Shown here piece by piece: positions 54,946-64,000 of a stretch of DNA of 64,000 bases. The notes under the pieces were generated by a model that was not told the origin of the DNA, made no database searches, and saw only the letters and a list, made by a program, of their open reading frames with translations. This DNA comes from Helicobacteraceae bacterium (GTDB lineage Bacteria; Campylobacterota; Campylobacteria; Campylobacterales; Helicobacteraceae): assembly GCA_017508245.1 (NCBI GenBank), contig JAFVZI010000014.1, positions 221,889 through 285,888 on the forward strand. The letters are read 5' to 3'. The first letter of the stretch is position 1, and every line of letters begins with the position of its first letter. The position numbers were made by a program, and so were the translations under genes.

Positions 54946-55175
54946 TTATGAGCCATCTCCTTAAAAAAATTCACAACTTTCTCATCATTATCAATTTTTA
55001 AAATCTTACAGATTTTATTAGTCATTTTTATCTGCACTATACAAGTATCACATATATAAAAACTTCGACCACTCATAGTGTATAAGGATAATACACCATC
55101 TTTAATTTGTAATCGTAAAAGAGAATCTTGATGCAATCGCTTTCTGCAACAAACACACATTCTAATTTTTATCAT
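54918..55175 (-). CDS. YlxR/DUF448 RNA-binding protein
   Basis: IRMCVCCR, GRSFYICDTC; upstream of infB. Confidence 0.88.
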   Translation of the reverse strand: MIKIRMCVCCRKRLHQDSLLRLQIKDGVLSLYTMSGRSFYICDTCIVQIKMTNKICKILKIDNDEKVVNFFKEMAHKWQKNNYQK

Positions 55176-55189
55176 TATATCAAAAAAGC

Positions 55190-56068
55190 CTATTCTATAT
55201 TAAATCCGGTATTGTCAAATTCTAGTTCCAATACTCTAAATTCTCCAAATTTCTTACTCAAACTACTGGCAAGTTTAGAAGAATCATCACGATAACAAAT
55301 ATTTAAAAATGTCGAACCACTGCCTGATAACACACTCATCAATGCACCTCTTTTTAGTGCTTCTTTGCGAACTGCAAATAATGCTGGAAATAATGCCATT
55401 CGCTTATCTTGATGGATTCTGTCTTCTGCTGCAATTTTTAAAAGATTCCATCTTTTTGATAAAAATACACCAGTAAGCATTGATGACCTAGATATATTAA
55501 ACACTGCATCGTGCAAGCTATATTGCTTTGGCAGTGTTTTTCTTGAATAACGAGTAGATATTGCCTTGTTTGGAATAACGACAACAGCTTTTATGTCATT
55601 TGGAATCTTATGCCTTATATAAAATACTTTTGAGTTTTTTATCATAGCAATGTTAAAACCGCCATTTACCGCTGGTGTAATATTATCTGGATGCTTTTCA
55701 TATTTTATTGCTTTAGATAGTATCAAATCTCTTGTATATGGCACTTTCAACATCTCATAAGCAGATATTATTGCACCAATTACGACAGCAGAACTACTAC
55801 CAAGACCACGAGAAACTGGAATCTCATTTTTCAAATAAAAAGTAAAATCTCTTGTCTCTCCACCTAATTCACGATAAACATCCTTAAAAATTTTTATAAA
55901 ATTATTATCTTTTAAAAGCTTTGGAATATCACTGCCCTCCCCATCAATCCTGATGCTTTGCACTATCGATGGTGAAACTTCAAATCTATTATATAAGCTA
56001 AGGGACAATCCAAGAGTATCAAATCCCGGACCTAGATTTGCACTTGTAGCGGGAACTTTTACTATCAA
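55190..56068 (-). CDS. thrB: Homoserine kinase
   Basis: VPATSANLGPGFD, PVSRGLGSSSA, HPDN, SGSGST. Confidence 0.97.
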   Translation of the reverse strand: MIVKVPATSANLGPGFDTLGLSLSLYNRFEVSPSIVQSIRIDGEGSDIPKLLKDNNFIKIFKDVYRELGGETRDFTFYLKNEIPVSRGLGSSSAVVIGAIISAYEMLKVPYTRDLILSKAIKYEKHPDNITPAVNGGFNIAMIKNSKVFYIRHKIPNDIKAVVVIPNKAISTRYSRKTLPKQYSLHDAVFNISRSSMLTGVFLSKRWNLLKIAAEDRIHQDKRMALFPALFAVRKEALKRGALMSVLSGSGSTFLNICYRDDSSKLASSLSKKFGEFRVLELEFDNTGFNIE

Positions 56069-56539
56069 TCAAACTCCTATTGTGGCAGGCAAAATATAAA
56101 GTGGAAAACAAGAATTACTAAATCTAGTAGAATCTAGCACAAAAGGCAATTTAAATACCGCATTGTGCTTGGATTCTAACTTGATTGTTTTAATATCATT
56201 ATTTTCTTTTAAAAAGTGGATTTTACCATAAGCCTCTATAAAATCATCTTTGGTAAAATAGAAAGAATCCACACAAAAAAGCTCTATATTATTTATTATG
56301 CTCAGTGTTTGTAAAAATATATGCGTTAGTTTCAATGAGCTAAAATTACCCGGTCCATTTGCATAAAATATCCTATTTATAGCATATACAGCCATCACTT
56401 CACTAAATAATTGTGGCAAAATATCACTTGTCTTACCATTAGATTCAAGCTTTTTGATAAGTTTATTATCAATATAGATTCCAAGTAAAATTGGCGATGA
56501 AATGCTAATTAGGCAAATATCACACTTTTGTTGTTGCAT
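56069..56539 (-). CDS. Short TsaB/YeaZ-like t6A biosynthesis protein
   Basis: [17 protein letters not shown]; same position as the Helicobacter gene between lpxC and thrB. Confidence 0.75.
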   Translation of the reverse strand: MQQQKCDICLISISSPILLGIYIDNKLIKKLESNGKTSDILPQLFSEVMAVYAINRIFYANGPGNFSSLKLTHIFLQTLSIINNIELFCVDSFYFTKDDFIEAYGKIHFLKENNDIKTIKLESKHNAVFKLPFVLDSTRFSNSCFPLYILPATIGV

Positions 56540-57413
56540 ATTCAAGATTTTCTTCTTGTGCCTCATTTTCTAATGTTACAATTTCAAATGTATCACTTTG
56601 TGATAGTATTTTTTTTGTCAAAAAATGATTTAGTTTATGGCTACCTGCAAACGATATATAAGTCCCAATTAATGGCATACCAAGAATACTCATATCACCG
56701 ATTGCATCTAGAATCTTATGACGAACAAACTCTTCTTTATATCTAAGACCTTCTTTATTTAGGATTCCACTCTCATCAAGAACTATACAATTAGAAAGAT
56801 TCCCGCCTTTTGCAAGCCCAATTGAGCGTAAATAATTCACTTCTTGCAAAAATCCAAATGTCCTAGCTCTTGCAATCTCATCTTTATACGCTTGAATCGA
56901 ATATGTGAATCTATAGTGCTGCTCTTTTATTGATTGATGAGGAAAATTTATAGTGAAATCAAAAATAGTTTTATTGCTTGGCTCAACTTTTACAAATTTG
57001 TCCCCATCATTAATTTCAATGGGCTTTTTAATGACAATAGCTCGTTTTTTTGCACTCTGCTCTACTATACCTGCTTCATCTAACAACATACAATATCCAA
57101 TAGAGCTGCCATCCATTATAGGAACTTCTTCATTATCTAGTATAATTCTAAGATTATCTATGCCATATGCATGTATAGCAGATAAGAGATGTTCAATGGT
57201 AGAGATTTTTGCATCACCATTTCCAAGTACGGTTGCCAAAGTGGTGTCTATAATATTATCTGCAGATAGCTTGATACTTTGCCCCAAATCACTTCTAAAA
57301 AACACTATACCGCTATCCTCGCCTAAAGGCTCTAATATCATTTTTACAGATACACCTTTATGAAGTCCAATACCGACCAATTCAACGCTATTTTTTATAG
57401 TTCTTTGATTCAT
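56520..57413 (-). CDS. lpxC: UDP-3-O-acyl-GlcNAc deacetylase
   Basis: [36 protein letters not shown]. Confidence 0.98.
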   Translation of the reverse strand: MNQRTIKNSVELVGIGLHKGVSVKMILEPLGEDSGIVFFRSDLGQSIKLSADNIIDTTLATVLGNGDAKISTIEHLLSAIHAYGIDNLRIILDNEEVPIMDGSSIGYCMLLDEAGIVEQSAKKRAIVIKKPIEINDGDKFVKVEPSNKTIFDFTINFPHQSIKEQHYRFTYSIQAYKDEIARARTFGFLQEVNYLRSIGLAKGGNLSNCIVLDESGILNKEGLRYKEEFVRHKILDAIGDMSILGMPLIGTYISFAGSHKLNHFLTKKILSQSDTFEIVTLENEAQEENLEYATTKV

Positions 57414-57448
57414 TTGTAATTACCCCAAAAATGATGAATTTATAGAAT

Positions 57449-58075
57449 CTAAAGTGACAAAATATCTTTAATGTTTAATTCATCATTATCTTTATATATT
57501 AGATTTAACTTGTATTTTAACATATTGGCAGTGATTATATCACCTTGAAAGGTTACTTTTCCTTTTGTAATTTTGGATAATATCAAAAATTCACCATCAC
57601 ATTGCACATCACCATTGCATTCACCAAAAATACAAATATTGCTTTGACTTGTCAGCATCGCTCCACTATTTACACGATTAAAAACCAAAATATCGCCACT
57701 ATTTACAATACTCTCTCCGCTTCTAACCAATCTAGTAATAAACTTTGATTTTGTAGATGAAAGATTCTCATTTGATAAAGCAGAATCTTGTTTAATGCTT
57801 TCTTGTGGATTAATTATTTTACTTTCTTTATTTATTTGCTTTAAAATATTTGCGATTTCTTCCTTATTGTCTATAAAGCTTAAATGTTTATTTTTGATAT
57901 AATCAACATCACTGGAATCCAAAAAGTCTTTTACCGCCGCACTTAGATTATCAAATACAAGCAAATATCCCTTAAAAAGTGGCAAACTTTTTTTCAAGAA
58001 TCCTAGCAATTCATCATCGCTATTTTCGCCTAATATATGAAAGATTCTAATATTTTGCTGATTTATTTTTTGCAT
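57449..58075 (-). CDS. minC: Septum site-determining protein MinC
   Basis: VRSGESI..GDILVFNRVNSGA beta-helix motif. Confidence 0.8.
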   Translation of the reverse strand: MQKINQQNIRIFHILGENSDDELLGFLKKSLPLFKGYLLVFDNLSAAVKDFLDSSDVDYIKNKHLSFIDNKEEIANILKQINKESKIINPQESIKQDSALSNENLSSTKSKFITRLVRSGESIVNSGDILVFNRVNSGAMLTSQSNICIFGECNGDVQCDGEFLILSKITKGKVTFQGDIITANMLKYKLNLIYKDNDELNIKDILSL

Positions 58076-59430
58076 TATCTATTTTCTATGATATTAATTG
58101 CTTCACTCAAAACATCATTTATATTAGTTTTAAGCCATCTACTATCCATAAATTCGGTACTAAGTGCAAAAACACCCTGAATCAATACTCCAAAATGCAA
58201 ATGGTCGCCAAATGCAAGACCAGTAGCCCCTGTCCTTGCTATCACATCACCTTTTTTTACTACATCGCCTTCTTTGACATAAAATTCACTTAAATGAGAA
58301 TACAAAGTAGAAACCCCAAGCCCATGATCTATAACAATTGTATTACCATAGATTCCAAGACCCTCTTTTAACACAACAACTCCATCATTTGACGCAAAAA
58401 CTTGTGCATTTTTGACATTTGCCAAATCTATCCCCAAGTGATAGGATTCTCCAGCTGGCTCTTTGTTCAATGTATATTTTCTATGGTCACCAAACATTCC
58501 TACAATAACAGCATCTTTAAGAGGCTTAAAGACATTAATTTGATGTAAATCTTTTAAGTCCAAATTAAGAATCTTAGAATAAACCATATTTTCATCATTG
58601 TTTCTAATTACTTCATTTGCGTATTTAAACATCTCCAGTCTTGATGAAAATGAATCAAGCGATATTGTGCTTACACTCTCAATAACAGAAGCTATTTTAT
58701 TATCAATAAAACTATCTTTTAGAGTCAAATTAGATGTGCGGTAATTTCTGGAATATCTAGCAAAACCGATATTTGAACGTTTTATATTTCCAGCTTTATC
58801 TTCGACAATAATCCTGCCTTTAAAAGTCGGATTATGTATCGACCAAGGAACAATACTCACATAATAACCATCTTTTATAAATGGAAAAGCTACAAAGCTT
58901 TGATGCCCATTGCTAATGGATATATTTGCCAGATTATCGTCTTTTGCAAAAAATACAACTACCGCACTTCCGCCATAAGTAATCTTATTACTCATAGCGA
59001 TAATCCCTGCTTCTGGCGGTATCCTATCTACAATAATCTCAAATTCTTTTTGCGTTGTATTGCCAAGAAAAAACTTATACTTGCTATTATCAGTAACTTC
59101 AATTTTATATTTTAAGACATCTCCATCTACAATATTTATCTTCGGGATTGGCAAATTAAATTCAATATCTGTTTTAGTATCTTCAACTTTCTTATCAACA
59201 AGAATCACGATATCATCATTTTTAATGAAACTAACTTTATAAGATTTAATACCACTAGAATCCAATAATCTAATCGGCACATTCCATTTCAAGTTCCAAT
59301 AAGTTATATCCGGAATCTCAATATTTGGAGGAATCCGTTCAAATTTTGGAGAAGTGTATATAAAGATACACAAACAAGCAATCAAACCTGAAATAATATA
59401 AAATGGAATATTGCTATTTTTTTTAAACAT
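58075..59430 (-). CDS. M23-family peptidase
   Basis: HLGIDLA, YGNTIVIDHG, YSHLS, GDHLHF. Confidence 0.93.
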   Translation of the reverse strand: MFKKNSNIPFYIISGLIACLCIFIYTSPKFERIPPNIEIPDITYWNLKWNVPIRLLDSSGIKSYKVSFIKNDDIVILVDKKVEDTKTDIEFNLPIPKINIVDGDVLKYKIEVTDNSKYKFFLGNTTQKEFEIIVDRIPPEAGIIAMSNKITYGGSAVVVFFAKDDNLANISISNGHQSFVAFPFIKDGYYVSIVPWSIHNPTFKGRIIVEDKAGNIKRSNIGFARYSRNYRTSNLTLKDSFIDNKIASVIESVSTISLDSFSSRLEMFKYANEVIRNNDENMVYSKILNLDLKDLHQINVFKPLKDAVIVGMFGDHRKYTLNKEPAGESYHLGIDLANVKNAQVFASNDGVVVLKEGLGIYGNTIVIDHGLGVSTLYSHLSEFYVKEGDVVKKGDVIARTGATGLAFGDHLHFGVLIQGVFALSTEFMDSRWLKTNINDVLSEAINIIENR

Positions 59431-59519
59431 ATAACAAGCCTTTAAAAATTATGGGAAAATAAAAAGAGAAGATATTTTAATCTTGATTTTATTAAAAATA
59501 CTTGATATGAATAGATTCA

Positions 59520-60578
59520 TTATTTCATCTGTGATGCTATTTGTTCTGTAGTTTGCAAGATTTCTGCAACTGCCCTAAATAATTCTTGTGGAATATAATC
59601 ATCAATTTCACACAATCTATACAAATCTCTTGCCAATTTTGGCTGTTCTCTAATTGGAATATTATGTTCCCTTGCTATCTCTTTTATTCTAATCGCCAAT
59701 AAGTCTGTGCCTTTTGCCATCACCACTGGTGCAACATCCTCGTGCAATACAAATTTCAATGCGACTGCATAATGTGTAGGATTTGTGATAACAATGGTCG
59801 CCTTTGATACATTTGCAAGTATTTTTCTCGAAGACATTTTTCTCATTGTTTGACGAATTCTGGCTCGAATCTGCGGGTTTCCTTGTAATTGTTTGTATTC
59901 ATCTTTTACTTCTTGCTTTGTCATTTTCAAGCTTTGGATATATTGCCTTCTGCGAACATAAAAATCAATGGCTGCCATAAAAAAAAATAATATAAGCAAT
60001 ATCAAGCCAAGTATCAATGCCTTATCTTTTAGCCATATTAATTGGGAAAAAATATTTAAAAATGCAATATTTGGCAATTCTTGCAAGAATCCTAGAAATA
60101 CAAAACAACCAAGACTTAAAGCGATGGAAACCTTCAGTGTAATAAGAAATCCATCTAATATTTTTTTTATTGAAAGCAAATTTTTAAAACCCGTAATCAT
60201 ATTTATTTTTGAGAATTTTGGAATAATAGTTTTAATAGTGATTAAAAATCCAAATTGTGCGACATTACCAGCAATAGCAGCAATCATTAAAACCAAAAAT
60301 ATCGGAGCAACAATAATAACACTTTCTTTGATAATAAAAATCGCTAGATTTAACATTCCTGAATCATTAAAATTATCTAGACTAAAATTTATAACATAAA
60401 CAAATAGATTCTCTATTCTCTTGCCTAAAAATGGTAATAAAAAAAATATAACACCAAGTCCAAATAATAATGCCAAAAATCCTGTTACTTCTTGGCTTTT
60501 GCTTACATTTCCCTCTTCTCTAGCTTTTTGTTTTTTATAATCACTAGGAAGTTCTGTCTTTTCTTCATTTTGTGCCAT
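59520..60578 (-). CDS. flhB: Flagellar export substrate-specificity protein
   Basis: EEKTELP, KMTKQEVKDE, NPTH autocleavage site. Confidence 0.97.
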   Translation of the reverse strand: MAQNEEKTELPSDYKKQKAREEGNVSKSQEVTGFLALLFGLGVIFFLLPFLGKRIENLFVYVINFSLDNFNDSGMLNLAIFIIKESVIIVAPIFLVLMIAAIAGNVAQFGFLITIKTIIPKFSKINMITGFKNLLSIKKILDGFLITLKVSIALSLGCFVFLGFLQELPNIAFLNIFSQLIWLKDKALILGLILLILFFFMAAIDFYVRRRQYIQSLKMTKQEVKDEYKQLQGNPQIRARIRQTMRKMSSRKILANVSKATIVITNPTHYAVALKFVLHEDVAPVVMAKGTDLLAIRIKEIAREHNIPIREQPKLARDLYRLCEIDDYIPQELFRAVAEILQTTEQIASQMK

Positions 60579-61191
60579 ATTCTTCCCTTAGAATCTTTAG
60601 GGCATTTTCATAATCTTGTTTAGTATTGAGATTTACAAATTCAAGAGTATCAAAATATATTGACTTTGCATTGCACGATGATAAAAAATCAAGAATCTTA
60701 AATTCATTATTTTTTAGGGCTTTGGCAATCTTATCTTTTATATTTCTCTTCCAGATTCCAATCAAGGGATGCATTTTATTAGAATCTTTTGCATAAACTA
60801 CATCGCAATCATTACTATTATTTATCAATATGCCAATTGTATGAGATTTTATAAAAGGATAATCTACTGGAATAAAAAATATTTCATTAGCATTTAGGGT
60901 ATCAAAACAATTCAAAATGCCAAATAATGGACTAAAATACTCTAAATCTTCTGTGATAATTTGAATAGATTCTATATTTATTTTAGTTTTTGATATATCA
61001 TCATCTAAGATTCTAAGTATTTCATCCTTTTTATTTTCTTTTAGCGAGATTGCTACACTTGAGAATATTTGTGATAGTTTTATGATTTGATAAGTTATGA
61101 GCCTATAAGCACCAAAAGGTAAAATGGTCTTATTGGATTCCATCCTACTGCTTTTACCGCCACACAAAACTACACAAGATTTCTCAATCAT
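60565..61191 (-). CDS. mobA: Molybdenum cofactor guanylyltransferase
   Basis: LCGGKSSRM..NK, PVDYP, HPLIGIW, NLNT. Confidence 0.9.
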   Translation of the reverse strand: MIEKSCVVLCGGKSSRMESNKTILPFGAYRLITYQIIKLSQIFSSVAISLKENKKDEILRILDDDISKTKINIESIQIITEDLEYFSPLFGILNCFDTLNANEIFFIPVDYPFIKSHTIGILINNSNDCDVVYAKDSNKMHPLIGIWKRNIKDKIAKALKNNEFKILDFLSSCNAKSIYFDTLEFVNLNTKQDYENALKILREEYGTK

Positions 61192-61205
61192 ACAAATCAA
61201 AAATC

Positions 61206-62645
61206 CTAACAAGAATATGTGCTTACAAACTCAAATGGGTGAGGTCTAGCTTCCCAAGGCCAAATCTCTGTTTCAAATTTATAAGCTTTATATGTTTGCA
61301 AAAACTCTTCACTAAATACATTTCCATATTTTAAAAATTCCCTATCTAAAAGCATTTCTTCTATGGCACTTCTTAGTGTATGAGGAAGTTGCTTAATATT
61401 TCTCTCTCTAATCTCATCAAGAGTTAATTCAAATAAATTTATATCCATAGGCTCGCCCGGATGAGTCTTATTTGTTATACCATCTAAGCCTGCCATAAGT
61501 AATGATGCAAACGCTAAATAAGGATTGCTTGAACTATCTGGGAATCTAAACTCCATTCTCTTTGCTTTTTCACCACTATTATATGGGATTCTAACACTTG
61601 CACTTCTATTTTGTGCGGAATATGAGAGAATGCTTGGTGCTTCAAATCCAGGAATTAGCCTTTTATATGAATTTGTAGAAGCATTTGTGAATGCAGCGAT
61701 ACTTCTTGCGTGCTTTAAAACTCCACCTAAATAAAATAATGCAATATCGCTTAAGCCTTGATATTTTTTGCCTGCAAAAAGATTCTTACCATTTTTCCAA
61801 ATACTGATATGGACATGCATACCGCTTCCATTATCGCCATATAATGGTTTTGGCATAAAAGTTGCAGTCTTGCCATTTAGATGTGCTACCATTTTTACTA
61901 CATATTTTAATTTTTGCACATTATCTGCTGCTTCTAATAAATCGCCAAATTTTACGCCTATTTCACCTTGAGCTTGACCTACTTCATGATGAACAACAAA
62001 TGTTTCTAATCCTACTTGATTGAGCACTTTTACCATTTCTGCTCTAATATCTACCATAGTGTCAATTGGCGGAGTTGGAAAATATCCACCTTTTGTCCCG
62101 CTTCTATGCCCAATATTCGTGCCACCTTCAAATTCTCTATCTCTATTCCATTCGCCCTCTTCTGTATCAATCTCATAATATTGACAATTTATTGCATCCT
62201 TCATTTTTATACTATCAAATACAAAAAATTCATTTTCTGCACCAAAATAAGCAACATCACCAAAACCTTGCTCTTTTAGATATTGGACTGCTTTTTTTGC
62301 AATACTTCTAGGACATTTTTCATATGGTTGGTTCTTGTAAATATCCCAAATATCACAAAAAACTATGACAGTAGTATCTGCACTAAAGGGGTCTAAAAAA
62401 TATCTAACTGGATCTGGAATAAGCAACATATCGGATTTATCTATCGGCTGCCACGCTGGAATCGATGAAGCATCGACTGGCAATCCATTAAAACTTTCTT
62501 CATCAATAGCACTCATATAAAAACTGATATGATGCCAAGTCCCTTTGATATCGGTAAATCTAAAATCTACAAATTCGACTTCATTATCACTACAAAATTT
62601 AAAAAACTCTTTTATTGCATTTATTCTATCTGCTGTTTTATTCAT
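61206..62645 (-). CDS. glnA: Glutamine synthetase type I
   Basis: [39 protein letters not shown]. Confidence 0.99.
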   Translation of the reverse strand: MNKTADRINAIKEFFKFCSDNEVEFVDFRFTDIKGTWHHISFYMSAIDEESFNGLPVDASSIPAWQPIDKSDMLLIPDPVRYFLDPFSADTTVIVFCDIWDIYKNQPYEKCPRSIAKKAVQYLKEQGFGDVAYFGAENEFFVFDSIKMKDAINCQYYEIDTEEGEWNRDREFEGGTNIGHRSGTKGGYFPTPPIDTMVDIRAEMVKVLNQVGLETFVVHHEVGQAQGEIGVKFGDLLEAADNVQKLKYVVKMVAHLNGKTATFMPKPLYGDNGSGMHVHISIWKNGKNLFAGKKYQGLSDIALFYLGGVLKHARSIAAFTNASTNSYKRLIPGFEAPSILSYSAQNRSASVRIPYNSGEKAKRMEFRFPDSSSNPYLAFASLLMAGLDGITNKTHPGEPMDINLFELTLDEIRERNIKQLPHTLRSAIEEMLLDREFLKYGNVFSEEFLQTYKAYKFETEIWPWEARPHPFEFVSTYSC

Positions 62646-62770
62646 ATAAAGCTCCTTATCAAACTTAGATTTGGAATCTTATAAAAGTTTAGTTTAATAA
62701 ATAATAATCATCTGATAATAAAAAATATTTTGAAAGTCTAGAATCTATATTTAAAGATTATTAAAAAAAA

Positions 62771-63271
62771 TCATTCTTGAAACTTATCAATGATGACGGT
62801 AACACCGCTTGTAAGATTCTTAAAATATATTATATCGGGTGAATGCTCATATATAAAATCATTTCCACCAAAGCTAAATTTCTGTGTTACCACGCCATTT
62901 GCACCCAAGCTTTTTCCAATGCCATCAAAAATATCTTTTTTACTCAATATTTCTTCAAACAAAGTATCATAACCAACATCGCCAAAAAAAGCCTTACTAG
63001 CGACCCACTTTGGAGCACAATCATCAATGAAGCAAACCTCTCTCTCTTTTATGGTGAATTTACCTATTGATTTACCAAGCTTGAATAATTCAAGAGTGAT
63101 TTCTGGAGTGAGGTTTAAAAGTCCAAAATCATAAAAACTAATATTTTTACTTTTTATCAAAACTAATTTTAAATATTTTTCATCTATTTTGGTTTGCTCC
63201 TCTATCAAAGGAGGAGTTCCACAGGAGCTAAGTAAAATACCAAACAGAATGATAAATACAAGATTTTTCAT
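62771..63271 (-). CDS. Lipoprotein downstream of flgP (possibly FapH/HP0838-like)
   Basis: Lipobox LSSC; internal Cys pair; assignment rests mainly on synteny recalled from H. pylori. Confidence 0.55.
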   Translation of the reverse strand: MKNLVFIILFGILLSSCGTPPLIEEQTKIDEKYLKLVLIKSKNISFYDFGLLNLTPEITLELFKLGKSIGKFTIKEREVCFIDDCAPKWVASKAFFGDVGYDTLFEEILSKKDIFDGIGKSLGANGVVTQKFSFGGNDFIYEHSPDIIYFKNLTSGVTVIIDKFQE

Positions 63272-63281
63272 AGTTTATATT

Positions 63282-64000
63282 TTAGGCATCACTCAATATT
63301 TTATGCCATATTTTGCCATCTAATTTTAATTCCATAGTAATCTGGCACAATCCATCTTTATAAACAGTCTCAATAATCTCTGCATTTTTTATAAGTGCTT
63401 CAACCTTTGTTTTTACAACAGAATTGATCAATACCATATCTCTAACGGTATCTTGTGCATTTAGGCGAATCCCATACATCTTTTCACCAATCTGCCTATA
63501 AGCATCAATGATTGCTGCTCTCTTTGCAAGGGCCAATGCTTGAGACGGTGAGATTGTAGATTCTGGTGCAACACCCATTCCAACAGCACTTAGTTCTATT
63601 GTATTATCTGGCGTTAAAATAGGTGAATTTTGAATCATGTTTGAATCATTACCAATCTTTGATTTTGGATGCGGAGCTTGTGGTGCAGAATCTTGTGGGA
63701 AAGATTGAGTATATGGCACTACTTCATTTGGTGCAACATAATTTGGTATATAATCATTTCTTTGATCTCTAATATAAACATCAACACTTGGATTGCTTGA
63801 GGCTATCTCACTTTGTGGCAAATTATTTTGCATTTGTGGTATATTTGGAATATTAGCCTCTCCGACATTTAATCTATCTATATTCATCACTCTACTATCA
63901 TCTTGTGTTATCATATTTGGAGTGTATGGGTCTTTAAGTGGCGGATACACTGGTGCTTGGATTGGAGAATAATTTGCAGATGGTGGTATCATCGAAGCAT
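63282..64000 (-). CDS. flgP: LPP20-family flagellar basal-disk lipoprotein FlgP, 5' end outside window
   Basis: AVGMGVAPESTISPSQALALAKRAAIIDAYRQIGEKMYGI core; frame open to the window edge; no signal peptide within window. Confidence 0.8.
   Translation of the reverse strand, partial: ASMIPPSANYSPIQAPVYPPLKDPYTPNMITQDDSRVMNIDRLNVGEANIPNIPQMQNNLPQSEIASSNPSVDVYIRDQRNDYIPNYVAPNEVVPYTQSFPQDSAPQAPHPKSKIGNDSNMIQNSPILTPDNTIELSAVGMGVAPESTISPSQALALAKRAAIIDAYRQIGEKMYGIRLNAQDTVRDMVLINSVVKTKVEALIKNAEIIETVYKDGLCQITMELKLDGKIWHKILSDA

Overview
Densely coded, low-GC (about 30% by eye) chromosomal segment of a Campylobacterota bacterium. Gene order (ndk-yceD-rpmF-plsX-fabH; recA-eno; lpxC-minC-M23; thrB-ylxR-infB-rbfA-rimP; flgP) points to a Helicobacter, probably non-pylori (inference). 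Most genes are housekeeping. I saw no rRNA, tRNA, CRISPR, IS or prophage. Two patterns are not explained by the gene list. (1) The quasi-palindrome TAGAWTCTA (core GAWTC) is highly iterated: about 95-100 exact TAGAATCT/AGATTCTA copies by hand count against about 5 expected. It occurs inside coding sequence and as inverted pairs forming 3' hairpins, like a DNA-uptake sequence or HIP1, while GATC appears depleted. (2) A dispersed Gtr-like lipid-carrier glycosylation toolkit (three GT2 enzymes, one GtrA flippase, two different GT-C enzymes) carries poly-G/C phase-variation tracts. Two unrelated genes in it share a ~35-bp 5' cassette encoding NRGGQQQ, one in frame (G8) and one frameshifted (G9). 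Each of the two loci converges on an outer-membrane barrel gene, one of which has its own G9 tract.
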